The position numbers were made by a program, and so were the translations under genes. The notes under the pieces were generated by a model. It had not been told where the DNA came from. It ran no database searches and saw only the letters and a program-made list of their open reading frames with translations. Below are positions 55,501 through 64,000 of a stretch of 64,000 bases of DNA, piece after piece. Every line of letters starts with the position of its first letter. Positions within the stretch are counted from its first letter, which is position 1. This DNA is from the human T2T-CHM13v2.0 reference genome, Homo sapiens, in the NCBI RefSeq assembly GCF_009914755.1, contig NC_060947.1. One strand, written 5' to 3'.

Positions 55501-58500
55501 CCTGTCAGAATTTTCAGAATCTTTTTTCACTATATCGGATTTAAGGGTAGGCTCAAGGCAGGAACTACTGGACTAAGGAAGGCATAGACTCTTATCCCCA
55601 AATGCTGGGACTCTTTATAGCCAGAACAGCTCACTTGGTGCATAGTGTATAAAGAGAAGGATCTTAGCCATCCTGTTGCCAGCAACATTTGGCTACAAAG
55701 TTCTTTCAGCATAACTCTTCTATTTGGGAAATACCCTCATTGCAACATTTGGTCCAGAATCATCTGCTCCTTTTGCAAAAACCTCTGTCGAGCAAAGATA
55801 CCTCTGCCAAACCCCACCTTCTATCCCTTTACTTTCACTTCCAGCCCATTTCTTCTGAGAAAACCTTATTGCCATGGAAATTTCTTTACTATCTGTTCCC
55901 TCCAGACATAATCTCTATCAGACCTAATCAAGCCTACTACTTTTGATTATTCATTTAAATTATTCTCTTTCTTGACTACCCTAGTTCCAACTCCACAGGA
56001 AAGATCCAAGTAACCATCCTGGATGCAAGCCCCTGTTATATCTATAGTTATTCTGTGTAACAATAGATTAGTTGCTAACAGCCTTGTTTTAGCCCCATGA
56101 TTTATGAGATCTTTCTTTCACAATGTCTTCAGTGAGTATAAGAATCCTTAAGAGCTTCATTTTGATTCTGCTCTGTTCACCTGAGCCTTTCCTGCATAAT
56201 TGATACTCGTTAGCCCCTACTGCCCTACTGGGGGGTGCTGTGCTATTCTGACAGTTGTAAATTTTATTAAATCTCTGTCACTACAGCACTCTTCTTGGAG
56301 AGATGTTTTAAAATATCGAGTTTTGAGCCCCTTTTTTTCCTTATTACACATTTTTTGGTACCATTTTACACCAGTAACTACAAAAGCCAGCTTAGAATTT
56401 CTGTCACCTTTTCCCCTTTCCTAATAAGCTTGCTTTCACAAGGATAGTTTAGTATTGCCAATTGTCTTCAAACAATGCCTTTTTTTTCAAAAATCTACAG
56501 TATACTATATTTTTCATTAATTAGCACTATGGCTGTTAATATTAACACAACATAGAAGTTGAGGATTTAGGCAGTTTTCTGAACAAATGTTACTTTTGTA
56601 AATATTTAACACCAATATTTTCCTAGTTTCAAGCAAAACTTGAATTTTGCTTAAAATATCCAGGTGCTATAATTGAGGCCAAAGAGGTCACCTTTTTGTT
56701 AAATCAGGTGGATAATTACTCTAATTCTCCAGTTTACTTTGCATGAAGCAATTAACTGAGAAATTTCCACTGAAAATTTCAGTGAAAAGAAATAGTCAAA
56801 AGTGAGTGTTGAGTATCTTCAAGCCCAAACAAGTAGCTAATTGCCTGAAGTCACTAGTTGTTTAGTTAGCCAGCCTCGGTTATTGAAATATAACCATGGT
56901 GAAATTGGAAGAAAGAAAAATAAACATCCCTTTATCATGCCTACCACAGTGCTCAATCATATATACTTAGAGTTAGTAGCACGATCAAAATTCTATCTTT
57001 TCTTCAATTTATCATTTTACTTCTTAAGGTAAGTTTATGTTGTCAACATTTATGTCAGTACAGAATAAAAAATGGCTTGAGAGCAGCTTAGCCATTCACT
57101 TTATTTGAGCCAATTTTCACAAACATCTGCTTTGGACATGAAGAAAGATTCTAGAGGTAGAAAACTTAGCAAGAACTACAATAATCTAATAAATCTGAAA
57201 TGTGATGATTAACTAGAAATATTTTCACATATATCATTTCTATTTTGCTAGAACACAGCCTAGAAAGTCAGGATAAACAAATGACAAATGTATAGGCATA
57301 CTGAAAACTGGAAAAAAGGTTGGTGTTAAATAGTGTCAAATGTAAAAGAGAGTCTGGGAAATCTTAACATCTATGAAACCCTCAGGGGTTAAAAACACCC
57401 CTGAGGGCAAATGATATCAAAATTATGAGAAACAAAATGAATGATTGGGAGTCCAATTTTCCCCTTTGAACTGGTGGTTGAACCTTAATTCACAACTTTC
57501 TATTACTTACAAGGTTTTGCAAAATTCTAATAGACCCACTTAGCCATATATGTGGCCAATCTGTACTAAAGTCATTTCATAAAGGTAGCTATTTGCATTA
57601 TTCAGAGAAATCTCAAAGGGGAAAATTTTAAATCTATCTTTACTTTTAAATACATCTACTTTTTTAGTATTGTGGAGTGAGGAGAAATGTTACATAAAAA
57701 ATAAACTTCTGACTTGCCTCACTATAATTAAAGCTTATCTCATCTAGTCTGACTTGGATGGAAATGTTGAACAGCTGTCTGATCCACCCCTTCTACCCCA
57801 ATACCTTTCCAACTATTTGAAGACTTGTGGTTAAGCTAATCCTTCAGTTCTCTTAAATTTCTTTTACAAGGGCAATTTTCTACAACTTTCAAAGGAATCA
57901 CTTTGGCTAGCTTACCCTGGCCCTTCTCTAAATGCCCCCTGAATCTAAAATAAAAGTTGAAATTATTGAAGTAAAAAGATAAATAAATACTCCACGTCTC
58001 AGTTAGACCATAGATGCTGAAAGTGAATACATTATTCCACCTGGAAGACATGACAAAAACCTAATACAGAATATAGCAAGATTACATCTCAGCCCCTTCA
58101 TGCTATTAATATATCTATATATAAGATAGTGTTCACATTTACAACCATAGGGCATTCCATTACTGGCTTTTTTTTTTTTTTTTTACCTATTACTCCCACA
58201 GGCCTAATGCAGTTATTTGCTATACTTATATATAATGAATCCAGGACCATCTTGTACTCATCTGTAATCTGGTATTCTTCCCTCAGTGAACTTACTTTTA
58301 ATTGACTTTGTCTTGATTATTTTTACCCATTTCAACTTGTCAAACTTGTTTAGCATCCCAATCTTATCTCACTTCCCCAAACCTCTATACTGACAAAAGC
58401 AGAATTCTTTGAGTATACATTCCTTAAAGAAAGTCTCAAACATGATACACCTATTTGATGAGTCTGCATACAGTCATGACACTAAGACATTCAACATTCC

Positions 58501-60284
58501 TACCCCTTGTTCACTGCCTAATAAAACCCAAAGCCTTGTTTATTGATGTTCTTACCTGATTCTCAGGTCTTTGCTAATGTTCAAAGAATGGATGCAACAG
58601 CACAGGCTTAAACTGGAGTCAGCTCTACAGCCAGATGCTCTACACTGTGTCCTTCTAAAACTCATTGCACCTCAAAATAGCTACTACCTGTAAGTGTTTT
58701 CCCCCTGGAGTACAACCTGGAAAAAAAATGTGAGTCTGGCTGGAACAGTGGTAAAGCTGGGAAACAAGGCAACTCAGTACATGAGGAAGGGGAGGGGACA
58801 GAATGGGGACAGAAGTTCCCAGAATAGGAGATGTCACCTTAACTCTCGCTCTCTGGGGGTCCAGAGATAGCTTTATGCTGACTGTAATATACTACAAAGA
58901 TAAACAAACAAATAACCCAGCAACTCTTTAGGCCAGTTCTTTCTCTTGAACAAGAGGAAGATAATGCGAAAGAAAGGGTGAATGAGACTTCACCCCTTAC
59001 AAAGTGTAGGACTTACATATTCCTCAGGCACAGAAGGGAAAATAGGCCAACTTATTCCCTCTTCCTTTATTTTCTCCTGGGATGTTCACTTATACTTTCT
59101 TACTTAAATTCCTGGTATTTCCATCTTAGAACTGTCTCTGTCCCTGGGCAGTTATCAGCATACATATACCCTTCCACCTCAGCCCGGACCTTCTGGGCCA
59201 CCAGCCAATTGTCTATGTCCCCTCTATCAATAATTAGATTGTGCCTAATCATACAGCATTTAGATGCTACAAATATCAACATGAGTAATTAACTTGGACT
59301 GTGAACCCAATTTACAGCATTCAATACATATTAAGTCATAATAAACTAGTATATTATTATATCCATGTAAGTTTGTGATAAAATTAAAAAAATAGATTAT
59401 ATCAAAGTATTTAGGGTTTGTGGAGATTAAAGTATTTATGTGTTGAGAAGATACTTGGCATTTTAATTTCCATAGTATAGAAGTAAGTGAAATTAATTTG
59501 GAATCTTAAACACTTGGATTTATGTGGGACAGAGGACAGCTGAAGCCTGACATTTAATTTTTATTTTATTCATTCCTAATTTATACTTAATTCTAAAAAG
59601 GATTCAATGCAGCTGACATTGAATTGGGGGTGTGCTATAATCAATCATATATTAAATAATTCCATTCAAATATTTTTAAAAAGAATGGTTCTAATATATT
59701 TGCACCATTTCTATTTTTATTTAAATGCCCCCAAATAACTAGGTTGAAAAACAATTTTTATCCCTTTTAAGAAACATTTAGTGATGAGAGAAATTGCAAG
59801 GCATATTTCTGAAAGGGCAGATCTTCATTCTAAGGAATGGATATGTGACAGAACATTTTTCTCCATCAAAATAATGTCTCCCTATCTCTTTCCTTTTTCA
59901 GCTCTCTTCAATACTGTAATGTAATTTAATATAATAGAAAAATAGTGTTCTTCCTATTAGAGGTAAATAATCATTACTACTGTATAATGATATCTTTTTT
60001 TTCTCATTTTTTAAAGGTACTCTTTGAAAACATTTTTTCCCATTAGCTGTTAGAATCAATTACCAAGACACCAAACTCATGATTGTTAGTCACCCTGGAC
60101 TGAGTTAATAGTTGACAATAAGCATTGTGGCTGATATGAATAAAAACAACAAAAATAGCATCCAATTTTATAGATGAGAGTGGTTAGTTTTGAAGAAGAA
60201 TAAAATGCAGGAAGAAAAGGAAAAAAATCTAGGTAATATGCTCGATTCTTCACTTAAGTTACCTAATTAAATCATGAAAATTCT

Positions 60285-60430
60285 ATAAAGTAGGTATCAT
60301 TATCCCCATTTTGCAGATAAGAAAACTGAAGTTCAAAAATGTGAATTGCCCACAACTAATTAGTGGCATAGCTCAAACTGGAATTGAAATCTGTTTGAGT
60401 CCTAAAGCTGTGCCCTTAATCACTACTCAC
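60285..60430. mobile_element. MIR fragment
   Basis: gtaggtatcattatccccattttgcagataagaaaactgaagttc. Confidence 0.7.
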
Positions 60431-61548
60431 CACTGTGGTAAAGGGAGAACATAATGAAGAATGAGGTACAAAAACAAACTAATTTCCAATAAAAGTGGCT
60501 ACTCATTCCTTTCCTCACTGTTCTTCTACTCTGCCCCAACAATAAAACAAAATAATATAGTTTCTCTATTCAGTGCCAATGTATATTTACATAGCTGAAC
60601 TGCTTCTAAATGAATTGTGTTTATAAAAATTGATGAAGATTTTTGCATTTCCACATTCAGAAATAAGTGTTTGAAAAAATGATTTCTAAGTACTAAGGTT
60701 TAGAACTGTTAGTTAAAAGCATTAAATATCTTTAGTATTCCAAGCCCCGAAACTAGCCTGTGTGTTTATAATATAATCATTGATACTGCCATGTAAACTC
60801 TTGGGAACCTATTCCCAAAAAATAAAATTAAAGAAAAACATTGTGAGGGTAAATTATAAATTATTAAACATGAGCTGACATGGATGTAGCATTAGTATCC
60901 TAACACAAATGCACAATGCACAATTGACTAAAGGTCTTTATTGGCTCCGTATGTTAGTTGATGGCTTGATGGATTTGGTGAATAACTAGAAAATTTTACA
61001 GCCAGAGCATGTATGTAATAATAATCAAATATTTGAATCTTTAACAACTTCCTAGAGGCATAGGTCTTCCCAAACCAGAAAAACAACCATTATTTAATCT
61101 TACTACTCCCTCTAGCTATCACCTTATTTTATTTTTGTTTCATGGTCAAACTTCTCAAATAATCTACATGAGCTTATTCCTCTTTCTATATAACCTCTCC
61201 CTCTAGATATCACTTTGGTTTTATTTCTGCTCCACCTCACTAGGGCAACTGCTTTCTCACAGTTTACCAGTGACCTTCTTGTTAAGAAATCCACATTCTC
61301 TCTTCACGGCATGTTGTTGCCCATCACTTCCACCTTGAAATTTTGTTTCATTGACCTCCATACCACTATCTTTATTCTTTTCCTTTCTCGCCATATACTT
61401 ATTCTTTATTAACGTCACTGGTTACTCTTCCTTCTACACCTTTCTGTGGACTTATTTTCCAATGCTCCTGCTCTTTTTTCCTTCTTTACCCTAGAAATTT
61501 CATGCATTTTAATGGCTTCTATGACATCTGTGTTGATGACAGCTGAAA

Positions 61549-61953
61549 CGTAGCAGGAAAATCCGCGGACAAAACCACTCAGACACCAGGTTAAAGAAAG
61601 AAGTGGCTATATTTGGCTGGGAGCGTCGGCAGACTTGCATCTCAAGAACGAAGCTCCCCAGAGAAAGAGTTCCTGGCCCTTTTAAGAGCTTACAATTCTA
61701 AGGGATCCACATGAAAGAGTCGTGATAGATTGAGCAAGCATGGGATACGTGATGAGGTGCGGATGGTGAGCAAGGCAAGTATTTCTCCATACCATTGTCT
61801 GTGATCTATAGGTAGCACAAGTGGTTAAGGTGGGGGTTAATCTTTAACCTACAGGCCTGGCCAGTGGCACCAATCAGTCTGTTATTTTTCAGTTTTTACT
61901 TCCTCCTTTTCTTTGAAGACAGGAGACAGTAAGAGAAATGGCCTCTCTCCTCA
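61549..61953 (-). mobile_element. ERV1 solo LTR (MER61-like)
   Basis: gtagcaggaaaatccgcggacaaaaccactcagacacc...gatagattgagcaagca...ctctcctca resembles the recalled MER61 reverse complement. It is a GC-richer block within AT-rich/L2 sequence. Confidence 0.6.
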
Positions 61954-62659
61954 AAGTTAAATCTTCAGGCTACCTCCACCCTCATAATTCCTGCTGAATA
62001 TGTTTACTTGATTATTAATTATTACATTTGTCAATTCCAAAATAGAATTCATCATATTTTCCAAATAAATATCTTTTCCCTGTCACCTCCATCACTTGTA
62101 ACATTCTCCCATCTATGATTTATCTCTTTTCTTCACTTGTTACATCAAGTCAGCCACAAAGTACTACCAAATTCTCTCTTTGTCACTGTTCTTATGCCTC
62201 TAAGTCAATTGGACACACCTGTTCAAGTTAGAGCTGGACCAAAATACAAAGCTACTACCAGCACTTTGCATTATGGCTCCAGAATTTACCAAGTCTAGAA
62301 CTCATGCTTTTGCTCTACTACTTGCTCTGTCATCCCAGATACTTGCATATTGGCCAGTTTTCTCTCCCAGTTCTCTTCCACTAAAATATTAGTTTCAAGG
62401 ATTTAGCATTTTATATTTAACATTTGTTCCTTTCCAGGACATGATTTCCATCTTTTCCCTTCTGGTAAGACTGTATAACATACTCAGTGGCCCTGCCATG
62501 TGATAAAAATTACTGATGTTTTGACATACTTTAAGAACCTAGAAACTATGTAATTCTACTGCCTGCCTGCTTGCTTGAACTACAACTCTCTTGGAAACCC
62601 AATCAGGGGAAAAATGGAATAGACTATTCCTGTCTTAACTTCTCTATACAGCCTAAATC

Positions 62660-63650
62660 CCACTATCAAATATTTCAATTATTCTTTTGACCATTTCCTC
62701 ACCTTTCTTATTCATTGTCCTTATGTAGGATCCACATGATAAAATCCAAGCAATGTATCAATCCAAATGTCCACCTCTCTGGCCCTACTGTGCTGAGCTC
62801 CTGAATGTTGTTGGAGAAAATTACAAATTAGTCTACTGCAAGTTCTTGGTCTTTAATCTGAACTTGCTTCCAATGCCACCCAGTTATCTTCCTATTGTTC
62901 TCTCTTAATAACAGCTCTTTCAAACCTTCTCTACTTTCCTACCACTACTACCCCTCTGCCCCACAGTCCCTTCAGATAATTTCACCTCTTATTATGTGGA
63001 AAAGTTAAAAACCATCATAAGAGAACCCTTCAGATGTTCTGCCCTGCCACCTATAAACACCCCTGCTCAACACTCAGGCTCCGTTCCTTTTTCTGTAACA
63101 ATAGAAGAGGTGATCTACTCTAATACAAGGCTAATACTTCCACATATACTCTTGAACCTATTGTTTCCTGATGTCTCAGATTGCCATCACTTCATCAAGT
63201 CCCCCATCCCAAGCATGCCTGCTCTGTTTCTCTCTCCTGAATCTTTGTCCTTTCCCTCCCTACCATATCTTCCCAACAGCACTGAAACATACTTAACTCT
63301 CCATCTTAAAAAAAAAAAGGCTCCCCTTGATTTGATGCCCACACTACTTACTGCAAAAATCTTTGATTATGCATAATAGCCAAGTTTCATTAAAGAGTTG
63401 CCTATCCTAATTGTTTCAATGTCCACTCATATCATTTATTCTTTAATTTACTATAATATTGTATCCACTTCATTGATTCATTGACATTGCCAAAGTCAGT
63501 AATGACCAATGTAATATCCAGTGGTCACATGGACCTTTCCCTCTTACTGAAATTCTTTTGGTTTCTAAGACACTATCCTGCCTTTCCTCCTATCTATGTA
63601 GCTGCCGCTTCCCTGTCTTTTTTGGGGGGGAGATCACTACTTCTTTCAAC
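62660..63650. mobile_element. Degenerate L2 fragments
   Basis: Pyrimidine-rich with L2-like motifs (ctctttcaaaccttctctact, ccaaagtcagtaatgacc). Confidence 0.5.
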
Positions 63651-63656
63651 AGTCCT

Positions 63657-63666
63657 TTTTTTTTCC

Positions 63667-63699
<33 letters not shown>

Positions 63700-63976
63700 T
63701 GAGGTGGAGTCTCACTCTATTGCCCAAGCTGGAGTGCAGTGGTGCCATCTGGCCTCACTGCAACCTCCGCCTCCTGGGCTCAAGCTATTCTCCTGCCTTA
63801 GCCTCCCTGGGATTACAGGCACATGCCACAATGCCCAGCTATTTTCTGTATTTTTTGGTAGAGACGGGGTTTCACCATGTTGGCCAGGCTGGTCTTGAAC
63901 TCCTGACCTCAAGTGATCCACCTGCCTCGGCCTCCCAAAGTGCTGAGATTACAAGCGTAAGCCACCGCACCAGGCC
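63657..63976 (-). mobile_element. AluS element with a (TTG)n tail
   Basis: Reverse-complement dimeric Alu with flanking agtccttt repeats. Confidence 0.92.
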
Positions 63977-64000
63977 CAAAAGTCCTTTAAATGTTGATGT

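Noticed and set aside
55420-55920. GC-richer stretch as a processed pseudogene
   Set aside because: I see no recognisable protein similarity, poly-A tail or TSD. A BLASTX/Dfam search would be needed to settle it.
57026-57034. Strong plus-strand donor AAG|GTAAGT as a lncRNA exon end
   Set aside because: It is an isolated motif with no convincing acceptor or partner exon, and such motifs are expected by chance.
61730-61760. p53 response element in the MER61-like LTR
   Set aside because: Only a partial half-site (gagcaagcat) is present; I see no paired RRRCWWGYYY decamers.

Overview
This is eukaryotic DNA, almost certainly human: it carries a human-specific AluYb-lineage insertion and the exons match human RSK4 as I recall it. 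The window holds the 5' part of RPS6KA6 (RSK4, p90 ribosomal S6 kinase 4, X chromosome) on the minus strand. It includes the CpG-island promoter (~39.9-41.1 kb), canonical coding exon 1A (40307-40387), an alternative N-terminal exon 1B (38549-38629), and exons 2 (16829-16888), 3 (8575-8691) and 4 (542-623), which reach the Gly-rich loop and AMK lysine of the N-terminal kinase domain. The rest is intron or upstream sequence rich in Alu, L1, L2, MIR, MaLR/ERV LTRs, DNA-transposon fossils and TA-rich tandem arrays, and nearly all ORFs in the supplied track are repeat artefacts. I see no prokaryotic system, CRISPR array or RNA gene. The most interesting signal is a possible modular N-terminus built from phase-0 exons: two 81-nt first exons (acidic 1A; basic 1B with a myristoylation motif), and a candidate 60-nt basic exon '2b' 38 nt downstream of the 60-nt acidic exon 2. 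Also notable are a recursive-splice-like AG|GTAAAT junction, two 16-codon uORFs, a ~570-bp direct duplication bracketing exon 3, and a cluster of short repeats and hairpins at 53-58 kb. Repeat subfamily names come from recalled consensus sequences, and old-repeat boundaries are approximate.
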